32,654 bases of DNA, from the NCBI GenBank assembly GCA_964415095.1, contig CAYPYR010000005.1:1-32654 (forward strand). Direction: 5' to 3'. Under the pieces are notes generated by a model. The model was not told where the DNA came from. It saw only the letters and a program-made list of their open reading frames with translations, and searched no databases. The translations under genes were made by a program, and so were the position numbers. This DNA comes from an uncultured Pseudomonadota bacterium (GTDB lineage Bacteria > Babelota > Babeliae > Babelales > UBA12411). Shown piece by piece: positions 14,908 through 23,477 of this stretch; position 1 is the first letter of the stretch, and each line of letters begins with the position of its first letter.

Positions 14908-16107
14908 ATGGATTCAAATTTATCTAAGATAGGATTATGGACAGCAGTGGTCATCGGGTTAAATGCGATGATCGGTATCGGTATCATTTCTATTGCGACA
15001 TCCCTTGCTCATGCTGCAGGGCCTGCTGGGATCTTATCCTTCGTCTTTAGTATCGCCGTGGTATTAATGATTGCACTCTCACTTTCAAATACTGCGCGTG
15101 TATATCCTGGTGAAGGATGGAATTATCTTTATCCATCAAAATGGGGTGGGCATCGCTTAGGGCTGGTTTCAGCTTTTAGTTACTTAGTTGCAGTAATTGT
15201 AGCTATGGGGTTTTTGGTGCAAGAAGTTGGAAGATACCTGTATCAACTGATACCGGTATTAACACCATCAATTTTGAGCATAATAATTTTAGCGCTCTTA
15301 ACGCTCTTAGTCATTGCAGGAACAGAAGTTTCATCTTTAGGGCAATACATTATTTTAGGCTCAGTACTCAGTGCTATTTTGATTACGAGTATCGTTTGTT
15401 GGTACAACGTGGATATTAATTTGTTTACGCCCTTTATGCCTAAAGGGATAGCTTCAATATTTACTGCATCACCAAGTGCACTGTTTGGATTTCTTGGTTT
15501 TGAAAGCATTGCATCACTCTATCTGATTGTACGCAATCCACAAAAGAACGTTGGTCGTGCATCAATCATAGCGATTATTTTAGTTGGCATGCTCTATATG
15601 TTTTTCGCAAGTGGTATCTTATTATCTATTTCGAGTGAATATTTCTTGGGACAGCCAACGCTTGATATTGTATTAACGCGTGCATTTCCTGCATTAAAAT
15701 ATCTTTCTTATTTTGTTATTGTTGGTGTGCTCTTTGGTATCATTGGCACCTTGCATTCGATGATTTGGTCGCTTTCAGTATTGCTCTGTGAAGTTTTGCA
15801 TTATGTAAAAAATAAAACAGTGCATCAGGCAATTACGACAGGCAGATTCAATCCAAAAATTTCTGCGCTCTTAATCGCAAGTGCGATGCTTGGTGTTGCA
15901 TTAATCATGCGTGGAGAAACATTAGTAAATATGACTATTTTCTTTGTCGTACCATCATATATTTTATCAATTGCATCACTTCTATTTATAAAAGAAGAGT
16001 GGACAACAGGGCGCAATATTATTACGCTTCTTGGTTTACTTGGTGGTGGGATTATGATGTATTTTGCAACAAAAATGTTGCTTGCATCACTTATGATATT
16101 AGTTTAA
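14908..16107 (+). CDS. Amino acid/polyamine (APC superfamily) permease
   Basis: Roughly 12 predicted hydrophobic segments. The N-terminal LWTAVVIGLNAMIGIGI and FGFLGFESIASL are typical of APC transporters. The track start at 14893 is a TTG, so I use the ATG at 14908. Confidence 0.78.
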   Translation: MDSNLSKIGLWTAVVIGLNAMIGIGIISIATSLAHAAGPAGILSFVFSIAVVLMIALSLSNTARVYPGEGWNYLYPSKWGGHRLGLVSAFSYLVAVIVAMGFLVQEVGRYLYQLIPVLTPSILSIIILALLTLLVIAGTEVSSLGQYIILGSVLSAILITSIVCWYNVDINLFTPFMPKGIASIFTASPSALFGFLGFESIASLYLIVRNPQKNVGRASIIAIILVGMLYMFFASGILLSISSEYFLGQPTLDIVLTRAFPALKYLSYFVIVGVLFGIIGTLHSMIWSLSVLLCEVLHYVKNKTVHQAITTGRFNPKISALLIASAMLGVALIMRGETLVNMTIFFVVPSYILSIASLLFIKEEWTTGRNIITLLGLLGGGIMMYFATKMLLASLMILV

Positions 16108-16130
16108 AACAGATCTCATACAATCTTTTT

Positions 16131-16184
16131 ACGAGCTGCCTCTGCAAAAGCAGCTCGTGCTTCTTTTCTTGTTTTTCCTTTTTT
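16131..16184 (+). terminator. Intrinsic terminator after the permease gene
   Basis: 9-bp stem acgagctgc / gcagctcgt, a 10-nt loop, then a long T-rich tract (cttcttttcttgtttttcctttttt). Confidence 0.6.
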
Positions 16185-16186
16185 AG

Positions 16187-16216
16187 TTGACCGATGATCG
16201 TTAAAAATGATATACA
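16187..16216 (+). promoter_or_regulatory. Candidate strong promoter for the Cys-rich OMP gene
   Basis: TTGACC (16187-16192), an 18-nt spacer ending in TGa, then TATACA (16211-16216). Confidence 0.5.
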
Positions 16217-16288
16217 GGTTATGTTTTATTAAAAAATTATAAACAGCAACTTGTACTTGAAAATTAAACATCCTCAAAAGGAAACGTT

Positions 16289-17812
16289 ATGATGCAAAGC
16301 CTGTGCCAAATACAATGGAATCGTGCACTAATCAGTCTCTTTTTGATCCTAACGGTTATCGTGCAACAAGGTATGCCACAGCCACCGATCAATAACTATG
16401 TTGATCCTGCAATGACTTATTATGCACGTGGTGCAAATCCTTTTTATCCAGAAACGAATGAATACTTTTTTCAATTTATGCTCTCACCATTTTATCAACA
16501 TGCTGCCGGTGCAAAACCAGGAAAAAATGAACAGAATCAATGTTGTCCAACACCGCCACCAGTAGCTGGGCCTGATGAAACAAGTTGTTGTGCACAAAAG
16601 TGTATTCCAAGTTGTAAAGGTCAAAAAGTTCCCGAAGGTGATCGTCTTGGTCGTTGGAACATGATTGGTCTATTGCAGGGCACTGGTGCTGCACCATGCT
16701 GCCAAATCGTGCAAGATTGTTTACCAAATCTGTATGCAGCACAGCAAGAAATTCTGCCGCTTGGGTTTCTTACTGAAGAATTTAAGGATGGTTTTCAACA
16801 ATTTGGCTATTTCTCAGTACCGGTTAATTATCAAAAAGTAGGCCTGCGAGCAATGGCTCGTTTTTATTTAGGGTATGGTTTTGGTATTACCGCACGAAGT
16901 GGTGTTGCACGCTATCGCCAAGTACCATGTTTTATCGATAAGACCTGTGATGCAAAAGATCAGGCGTATTGTGATTGTGATGGCACCCAAAAAGTTTTTA
17001 CCTGTGACCAAATCAGAGGTGTTGAAAAAGCGCTTATGAGTGCTGAACGTCGTTGTGATATAGCACGTGATATTTGCCTGAATATTGCACCATATAGTCA
17101 TACAGGCCCTGAAGATACTCATGCGCAGATCGATTGGGGCGGTACCTTTCAATATCATAATGATGAGAATGAATTAATGGTTACTGTGTTGCCTTATGCT
17201 GCAGCAGGTATCTGGTTTCCAACTGGTTCAAAACAAAACCCTGATATTGCATTTTCGCTACCACTCGGCGGCAATGGATTTTATGGTGGAACGCTTGATG
17301 CAGGGCTCAACTTTTCCTTCCCGGGAACAGTCGTGTTTGGCATGGGTGCGGCATTGACGATTTATGATAGTAAAATACAGCCATGCCAACGTGTACCAAC
17401 TAACTGTAATCAATCCGGTATTTATCCCTGGAAAACCACTATAAAGCGAAAACCAGGATTAGTCTGGAATGCTCATTTGGACCTTGCTGCCTATAACTTT
17501 ATACCTAAGTTAAGCTTTTTCTTTAATTACATCTATACCAAGCATGAACATGATAATATAGAGCTTGAAAATAACAATTGCCTGCGATTTCCTGACGAAT
17601 ATGGTAATTGTTATACCAATTGCTGCTTCCCAATGTATCACCCTGAAAAGTTGGAAGCCGAATCAGCCTGGGATAGTCAAGTGCTAAATATTGCCTTTGA
17701 GTACGAAGTTACGAAAAAGCTTTTTATAGGGGCTGCTGCACAGGTGCCCATAACCGGAGCACGTGTTTATAAAACCAGTACTATTATAGGTACAATTCAG
17801 TTTAATTTTTGA
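16289..17812 (+). CDS. Putative cysteine-rich beta-barrel outer membrane protein
   Basis: AAGGAAA RBS. The N-terminal h-region is ALISLFLILTVIV. The C-terminus ...TSTIIGTIQFNF ends in Phe with alternating hydrophobics, a beta-signal-like pattern. The body has Gly/aromatic-rich strand-like segments. I count about 23 Cys, including four CC doublets. Confidence 0.68.
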   Translation: MMQSLCQIQWNRALISLFLILTVIVQQGMPQPPINNYVDPAMTYYARGANPFYPETNEYFFQFMLSPFYQHAAGAKPGKNEQNQCCPTPPPVAGPDETSCCAQKCIPSCKGQKVPEGDRLGRWNMIGLLQGTGAAPCCQIVQDCLPNLYAAQQEILPLGFLTEEFKDGFQQFGYFSVPVNYQKVGLRAMARFYLGYGFGITARSGVARYRQVPCFIDKTCDAKDQAYCDCDGTQKVFTCDQIRGVEKALMSAERRCDIARDICLNIAPYSHTGPEDTHAQIDWGGTFQYHNDENELMVTVLPYAAAGIWFPTGSKQNPDIAFSLPLGGNGFYGGTLDAGLNFSFPGTVVFGMGAALTIYDSKIQPCQRVPTNCNQSGIYPWKTTIKRKPGLVWNAHLDLAAYNFIPKLSFFFNYIYTKHEHDNIELENNNCLRFPDEYGNCYTNCCFPMYHPEKLEAESAWDSQVLNIAFEYEVTKKLFIGAAAQVPITGARVYKTSTIIGTIQFNF

Positions 17813-17837
17813 CAAAGTTGCCTATACCACCTATACT
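17809..17837 (+). promoter_or_regulatory. Near-consensus sigma70 promoter for rpsU-rbfA-kdsD-pilD
   Basis: TTGACA (17809-17814, overlapping the OMP stop codon), an exact 17-nt spacer, then TATACT (17832-17837). Confidence 0.6.
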
Positions 17838-17904
17838 AAGACTCTCTTTAATTAGAGCAATGTTCTAAGCAGTTATGACTCCTTTAAGGTGGTGAATACA
17901 AAAA

Positions 17905-18114
17905 ATGGCTAAAACTTTTAATATCGAGATCTCCGTAGATGGAAATCTTGAAAAATCACTCAAACAGCTTAAAAAGAAAGTTGAGCGTGAAGGTGTTGTT
18001 CGCGATATGAAGCGACAAGTATACTTTGAACCGCCAACGCAAAAAAGACGCAAACGCATGATGCGCGCGATTAAAAATAATTTTCTTAAGCTTGCCACCA
18101 ATGAATCACAATAG
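17905..18114 (+). CDS. rpsU: 30S ribosomal protein S21
   Basis: LEKSLKQLKKKVEREGVVRDMKRQVYFEPPTQKRRKRMMRAIKN is typical of S21. AAGGTGGTG lies upstream. Confidence 0.9.
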   Translation: MAKTFNIEISVDGNLEKSLKQLKKKVEREGVVRDMKRQVYFEPPTQKRRKRMMRAIKNNFLKLATNESQ

Positions 18115-18127
18115 TTGAGCTTTTAGA

Positions 18128-18514
18128 ATGACAAATCGAGCAAGCACCATTAAACGTGAAAAACGGAAATCGTTTTATATGCGAGAAATCGCACAGTTAC
18201 TGCAGAGGGCTGCATCAGATGAACCACGCCTTGTGTCCTTGAATGTAACGCGTGTTGATTTTTCACCGGGTGATGGTGCTTGCTACATCTATTTTACCTG
18301 CATAGGTGGGCAAACCGTATTTGATGAGCTTCTTGATGTAATGAAGTTATACCGCTCATCATTTCGTGCTGCGTTAGCACGTGCACGTCAATCACGATAT
18401 ACTCCAGAAATATTTTTTGCTTATGATCAAGAATTGGACGAAGCTTCAACGCTTGAAGCATTGCTTGATCGTGTAAAAGAACAAGAAGAGATTCCTGAAG
18501 ATTCAGTAGAGTAG
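18128..18514 (+). CDS. rbfA: Ribosome-binding factor A
   Basis: REIAQLLQRAASDEPRL..LNVTRVDFSPGDGACYIYFT fits the RbfA KH-like core pattern. The tail is acidic. Confidence 0.78.
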   Translation: MTNRASTIKREKRKSFYMREIAQLLQRAASDEPRLVSLNVTRVDFSPGDGACYIYFTCIGGQTVFDELLDVMKLYRSSFRAALARARQSRYTPEIFFAYDQELDEASTLEALLDRVKEQEEIPEDSVE

Positions 18515-18554
18515 CGAAAACGTTCATAAGAACGGCAATATAAGTAAGGTGGTC

Positions 18555-19547
18555 ATGGAGCACATATCCTGCAATAAAAACAGGTCACCCTTTATATCGC
18601 ACAACATCTGTGCTCAAATACAAACAATCATCGCATTTCAAGCAAAAGCACTTATGTCATGTGCAATTCCCGCAATTGTTTCTGATTTTGTTGAAAAAAT
18701 CTTATCATGTAGTGGTCACGTTATCTTTTCCGGTATCGGTAAATCTGGCCTTATTGCACGTAAGCTTGCAGCGACATTTTCGAGTGTTGGCATTCCGGCT
18801 TTTTTTATGCATCCTACTGAAACTTTGCACGGTGATCTTGGTGCACTACGAGCACAAGATATTTTTGTAATGCTTTCAAAAAGTGGTGTCAGTGATGAGT
18901 TTCACGCAATTATTCCTGTGCTACGTCGTAATAATATTTGCACGATCTTTATTTCGTGCTTTGCTACAGCGCTTACGCAAAAAGCAGATATAGAAATTAT
19001 AATGCCCATTGCGAGCGAAGCCGGTGAGCTTGGCATTGTGCCTACAACGAGTACGCTCATGATGCTTGCGCTTGGCGATGCGATAGCGCTCGTGGTAAGT
19101 TCACTGCGTGGATTAAGTCGCGATGATTTTGCACGATATCATCCAGCAGGATCACTCGGACGAATGTTAACTGCTACGGTTGATATGCTCATGCAACATG
19201 ATAATCTCTCGCTGATTGCACCTGATGCACCATTTCAATCTATTATTAGCATTATAACGGCAAAGAAATTAGGAGTTGGTATTGTAATTGATGATAATCA
19301 GCAGTTATGCGGTATAATAACTGACGGTGATTTGCGGCGTGCCTGTGCGCAAGGGCCTGAGGTTTTTAATGTTACGGCTGAGCAGATAATGTGTAAAAAT
19401 CCACATACCACTTCCCCAAATATTCGTGCACAAGAAGCGCTTTTGTATATGGAGTCACACAAAATTACCTCACTAGTGGTTACCGATCATGGTAAAGTCA
19501 TTGGGTTTATTCACATGCATGATATTGTTCAGGCAGGAATTCGATGA
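18555..19547 (+). CDS. kdsD: Arabinose-5-phosphate isomerase (KdsD/KpsF type; SIS domain plus two CBS domains)
   Basis: GIGKSGLIARKLAATFSSVGIPAFFMHPTETLHGDLG is the SIS motif. The C-terminus has tandem CBS-like repeats (GVGIVIDDNQQLCGIITDGDLRR; ITSLVVTDHGKVIGFIHMHDIV). The start is uncertain: GTG at 18549 or ATG at 18555. Confidence 0.86.
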   Translation: MEHISCNKNRSPFISHNICAQIQTIIAFQAKALMSCAIPAIVSDFVEKILSCSGHVIFSGIGKSGLIARKLAATFSSVGIPAFFMHPTETLHGDLGALRAQDIFVMLSKSGVSDEFHAIIPVLRRNNICTIFISCFATALTQKADIEIIMPIASEAGELGIVPTTSTLMMLALGDAIALVVSSLRGLSRDDFARYHPAGSLGRMLTATVDMLMQHDNLSLIAPDAPFQSIISIITAKKLGVGIVIDDNQQLCGIITDGDLRRACAQGPEVFNVTAEQIMCKNPHTTSPNIRAQEALLYMESHKITSLVVTDHGKVIGFIHMHDIVQAGIR

Positions 19548-20287
19548 TGACACTTATGATCATAGCAATTTTTTCGCTTTGTTTAGGTTCATTCTTGAAC
19601 ATGCTTGCGTATCGGCTAGTACATGATAAATCATTATTAATTCCACGATCATTTTGCCCATCATGTTTTAATATTATTGCCTGGTATGATAACGTCCCCG
19701 TTGTCTCATATCTCATCCTTGGTGGTCGCGCACGATGTTGCAAAAATAATATTTCATGGTTATATCCGATCATTGAACTTATAACGCCATTATTAGTTGT
19801 ATTGCTCTGGTTAAAATATGGTTCTCTTAATCAACACCATTATTTTTTTACCTACTTATTTGCAGTAAGCGCTCTTATTGTGAGTGTTCGTACCGATCTT
19901 GATGCTATGGTAATTCCACAACTTTGTACTTTGTATTTAGTGCCCTGTGGCATATTGTTCTCATATTGTGGCGTGATACCGATTACGATTAATGAAAGCA
20001 TGTTAGGTGCTGCAATCGGTTATGGATCACTATGGTTGGTGAATTTTTTATACAAATGCTATTCCGGGCAAGATGGTCTTGGTGTTGGCGATATGGAACT
20101 ACTTGCCATGATCGGATCATTCTTTGGACCGTTTGCAGTATGGTATGCAATTATGTACGGTTCTTATGTTGGATTACTCATTGGTGGTAGTTATCTGTTG
20201 CTATCGCGTAAAGAATCCTCAACGCCATTGCCATTCGGACCTTCACTTGTTATGGGATTATTTATCTATCTATTCTGGATGATCTAA
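19544..20287 (+). CDS. pilD: Type IV prepilin peptidase (A24 family)
   Basis: CPSCFNIIAWYDNVPVVSYLILGGRARCC is the N-terminal Cys-rich region. VRTDLDAMVIP and GVGDMELLAMIG are the two Asp boxes. The ATG overlaps the kdsD stop as ATGA. Confidence 0.86.
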   Translation: MMTLMIIAIFSLCLGSFLNMLAYRLVHDKSLLIPRSFCPSCFNIIAWYDNVPVVSYLILGGRARCCKNNISWLYPIIELITPLLVVLLWLKYGSLNQHHYFFTYLFAVSALIVSVRTDLDAMVIPQLCTLYLVPCGILFSYCGVIPITINESMLGAAIGYGSLWLVNFLYKCYSGQDGLGVGDMELLAMIGSFFGPFAVWYAIMYGSYVGLLIGGSYLLLSRKESSTPLPFGPSLVMGLFIYLFWMI

Positions 20288-20423
20288 ATTAATCATCTAG
20301 ATTCTATCTACTCAATTGGGCACAAAATATACGAAAAAAGCAAACTATTTTGATCATGTCATTTTGTTTGTTAGCGTAATCAGATATAAATAGTATTCCA
20401 ATCATTTTATGAAGGAGAAGTAT

Positions 20424-21128
20424 ATGAAAAAATTAGTACTTATAGGTTTATTTGCATCTTGTGCTTTTATTGCACCGCATGCAAATCTTGATGCACGAGC
20501 AAAAAAAAGCAAAAAAATGGTGCAGTGCCCGTTAAAAACTAGTGAATTAAAGACAGCTATGCGCAAACTTTGGGAAGATCATGTTACCTACACCAGAAAC
20601 TATATCATCAGTGCGCTTGCTGAACTTGGTGATGCTGATGCTGTTGCGCAACGACTGATGAGAAATCAAGATGAGATTGGCAATGCTATAAAATCTTATT
20701 ATGGTACCGATGCAGGAGATAAACTAGCAAAATTATTGCGCGAGCACATACAACAAGCCGCAGAGGTTGTAAAAGCAGCTAAAGCAGGAAATAAAAAAAA
20801 CCTTGATGCAAAACAGGCGATATGGCATGCAAATGCTGATGAAATAGCCACATTTTTAAGTAATGCGAATCCAAACTGGAATAAAGCAGAGTTAGCTAAA
20901 ATGTTACATGCGCATTTAGATTTAACTACCGATGAAGTAGTTGGCCGGCTTAAAAAAAATTGGGAAGCGGATATTGCTGCCTATGATAAAGGACATATGC
21001 ACATGCTTCAATTTAGTGATATGCTCATTGATGGAATAGCCGCTCAATTTCCTGATAAGTTTGAATGCAAATGTGGCATGAAAAAAGCTCGCAGCATGAA
21101 AAAGCAGCAAAAAGATACTATGCAATAA
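20424..21128 (+). CDS. Secreted helical protein of unknown function (His-rich pairs, basic tail)
   Basis: GAAGGAG RBS at 20411-20417. The signal peptide is MKKLVLIGLFASCAFIAPHANLDA. The body is two similar helical halves (LWEDHVTYTRNYIIS...; HAHLDLTTDEVVGRL...GHMHMLQF). No family named with confidence. Confidence 0.7.
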   Translation: MKKLVLIGLFASCAFIAPHANLDARAKKSKKMVQCPLKTSELKTAMRKLWEDHVTYTRNYIISALAELGDADAVAQRLMRNQDEIGNAIKSYYGTDAGDKLAKLLREHIQQAAEVVKAAKAGNKKNLDAKQAIWHANADEIATFLSNANPNWNKAELAKMLHAHLDLTTDEVVGRLKKNWEADIAAYDKGHMHMLQFSDMLIDGIAAQFPDKFECKCGMKKARSMKKQQKDTMQ

Positions 21129-21154
21129 GTGTAAAATTGTTGAGAAATAATTAT

Positions 21155-21185
21155 GGGGAGATAAAAATATCTCCCCATTTTTTTA
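21155..21185. terminator. Intrinsic terminator between convergent genes
   Basis: Perfect 9-bp stem ggggagata / tatctcccc, the 4-nt loop aaaa, then attttttt. Confidence 0.72.
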
Positions 21186-21211
21186 ATAACAACTAAGCGA
21201 TAGTGTTTGGA

Positions 21212-21880
21212 TTAGGAAAGCAATTCAATGATTGCGGTATTACCAATTTCTTGAGCAGTTTCAAGTGGCGATTTGTGTTTAATTTTTTGAAATGAAGCAT
21301 TAGTTTTTGCATAAAATTTAGAAGTATGATTTTCCCGCTTAAAGATCACAGTGTTTCCATTCTCTGGTTCTATTTGAGTGGAAGCAAGTAACATTTTTAT
21401 TATCTCTCTATGCCCTTTATATACAGCAATCCAGAGAGGGGATATTGATTGGTCTGCATGTGCATTTTTATTGTTGGACTTAAACCCTAAATTTGGATTG
21501 GTACGTTCATCTGCAAGTAGTGCTCTCACGGTTTCTGTATAGCCTTTTTTTGCAGCGATGTATAACGCATTCATACCTTTGCAATTCAATAAATTTGGAT
21601 CAATGTCAGATTCCAACACTCTTTTTATTTCAGCTACGTTATTGAAACGTGCTGCAGTGTGTAGTGGGGTGTCATCTTTTGCTGATTCATACCATGTAAC
21701 AATTTTATGACACAAACCGTTTTTTGGTTGCGGATTGTTAGCTCGATGCTCAGTTTGATCATTTTTGCTAAACGAGTGAGCAACCAAGATACGACTTGGG
21801 TTCGGTAAAACAGTCGCTACAAATAGACTTAAGAAGGTTACAATCAATATATGGTGAACCATGGTATTCTTTCGAATCAT
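21212..21880 (-). CDS. Ankyrin-repeat protein with N-terminal signal-like hydrophobic segment
   Basis: TPLHTAARFNNVAEIKRVLESDIDPNLLNCKGMNALYIAAKKGYTETVRALLA...SPLWIAVYKGHREIIKMLLA...SPLETAQEIGNTAIIELL gives at least 3-4 ANK repeats. The N-terminus is HHILIVTFLSLFVATVLP. An alternative start at Met7 (21862) is possible. Confidence 0.85.
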   Translation of the reverse strand: MIRKNTMVHHILIVTFLSLFVATVLPNPSRILVAHSFSKNDQTEHRANNPQPKNGLCHKIVTWYESAKDDTPLHTAARFNNVAEIKRVLESDIDPNLLNCKGMNALYIAAKKGYTETVRALLADERTNPNLGFKSNNKNAHADQSISPLWIAVYKGHREIIKMLLASTQIEPENGNTVIFKRENHTSKFYAKTNASFQKIKHKSPLETAQEIGNTAIIELLS

Positions 21881-21971
21881 AAAATTACGTAATTATTAAC
21901 AATGCTCTATTAGAATACTCACCAATTATTATAATTTACCTTAAGCTATGTTTTACTTTTTGTAAACCGGC

Positions 21972-22466
21972 CTAGTCATTAAGCCCATCTTGGAGATGAC
22001 GAATAGTACGATTTTGATCCACAACCCAAATATCTGGCTTGCCACCTTTGCGTAGGATCCCTGCAGCAGCGGCAACAAATTGATCTTTATCCGCAAGTGT
22101 CTCGGAAAGTGCTGAGGGTTGAGTACCAAGTTTGCCAACAAAGTAATGAGTGCCTTCTTGACCGCTTGGTGTATTGAAGCCATAGGTATAATAAAAATTT
22201 TGTTCGGTACTATTGCGGGTATAGCCTGCAGGTTGCCAATTTGCACTGTCAGTACCTGAAAGTGCTTCAGTGAACGTACCATGATCAGCCCAATAGAGCT
22301 CTTCAGCAGTGTGCAATGATGCAAGATTCATGGCAACTTCAGCTTGTTTTGCTTTGGCAAGATAGGTCATATAATTGGGGATAGCAATTGATCCAAGCAA
22401 AACAATAATTGCTATAACGATCATTAACTCGACTAACGTAAAGGCAGGGGTTTTGTACTGCTTCAT
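21972..22466 (-). CDS. Type IV pilin / pseudopilin-like protein
   Basis: MKQYKTPAFTLVELMIVIAIIVLLGSIAIPNY is a class III signal peptide with the conserved Glu at +5. A strong AAGGAGAG RBS lies upstream. The globular domain has no Cys. Confidence 0.85.
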   Translation of the reverse strand: MKQYKTPAFTLVELMIVIAIIVLLGSIAIPNYMTYLAKAKQAEVAMNLASLHTAEELYWADHGTFTEALSGTDSANWQPAGYTRNSTEQNFYYTYGFNTPSGQEGTHYFVGKLGTQPSALSETLADKDQFVAAAAGILRKGGKPDIWVVDQNRTIRHLQDGLND

Positions 22467-22499
22467 AAAACTCTCCTTTTTGAGTATATCTTAAATTTT

Positions 22500-23477
22500 T
22501 TATCGTAGTTGTTCTAATACCGGTTTGAGTGCATTGATCGCGTCATCAAGTGGCATTTTAATAGTAACTCCGGAAGCATTTTTGTGACCACCACCACCAA
22601 ATTGCTTTGCAACGGCATTTACGTCGGCCTTTTTTGAACGTAATGAAACTTTAGTTTCTTCTGGTTGCACCTCATAGAATAATACAGCTACATCAATACC
22701 TGCAATTTCTGCAAGAAAATTTACAAATCCACCGAGGGAGGAAAGTTCTAAGTTATATTTTTCAAGATCTTTATGGCTTACTGCTGTCCAGACCACGTTT
22801 TGATGGGGAGAAATAGAGATGCGACCCATTATGTCGCCCCAAAGCTTAATGATGGATGGGTTTTTGTGTGAAAGTAAATCTGTTTTTAGTTCAAATAATG
22901 GTGCACCTTTGTCCATCAAATCAGCGCTGACGCGCAATGTATGTGCACTGGTATTCTGTGTATGAAACACTTGTGTGTCATATAAGATACCATACAATAA
23001 TGCTTGAGCAACTTCTTTGGTAACCAGTTCAGGACACCAATCCTTAAGCAAATTATACAGCACCTCGCAGGCACTTGATGCTGAAGCATCAACGACGTTC
23101 CAGGTTCCGTTGATATTATTACTAATATGATGGTCGATGTTAATTAATGGAATTTTTGCAAACGAGAGCGGATAATACATACGTTCAATATTTGCAATAT
23201 CGAACGCAATCAACAGATCAGGTGTTGCAGTATGCTCGTTGATTTTGAGTGCAGTTGATTGGTACTTCAGTGCAAAATCACAAGGTGTTGGATATACCGT
23301 TTCACTGGTTTTGCCCAGGGCATGCAAAATCTTTTCAAAAGCAGCACAGGCACTGGCACCATCGCCATCGGGCTTAGTATGAGTAAGGAGCATAACATGC
23401 GAAGCATCTAATATTACTTGCCATATATGAGCAATGATTTTTGAGTCGTAGGGATTATTTGATAAATGGTTTTCCAT
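22500..23477 (-). CDS. nrnA: DHH/DHHA1 phosphoesterase (NrnA-like oligoribonuclease/pAp phosphatase)
   Basis: HTKPDGDGASAC, NIDHHISN and GGGHKNASG are the DHH and DHHA1 motifs. Confidence 0.84.
   Translation of the reverse strand: MENHLSNNPYDSKIIAHIWQVILDASHVMLLTHTKPDGDGASACAAFEKILHALGKTSETVYPTPCDFALKYQSTALKINEHTATPDLLIAFDIANIERMYYPLSFAKIPLINIDHHISNNINGTWNVVDASASSACEVLYNLLKDWCPELVTKEVAQALLYGILYDTQVFHTQNTSAHTLRVSADLMDKGAPLFELKTDLLSHKNPSIIKLWGDIMGRISISPHQNVVWTAVSHKDLEKYNLELSSLGGFVNFLAEIAGIDVAVLFYEVQPEETKVSLRSKKADVNAVAKQFGGGGHKNASGVTIKMPLDDAINALKPVLEQLR

Noticed and set aside
21953-22324. 123-aa ORF on the - strand in another frame inside the pilin gene
   Set aside because: It is a shadow ORF. 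The overlapping frame has the class III signal peptide and a strong RBS.
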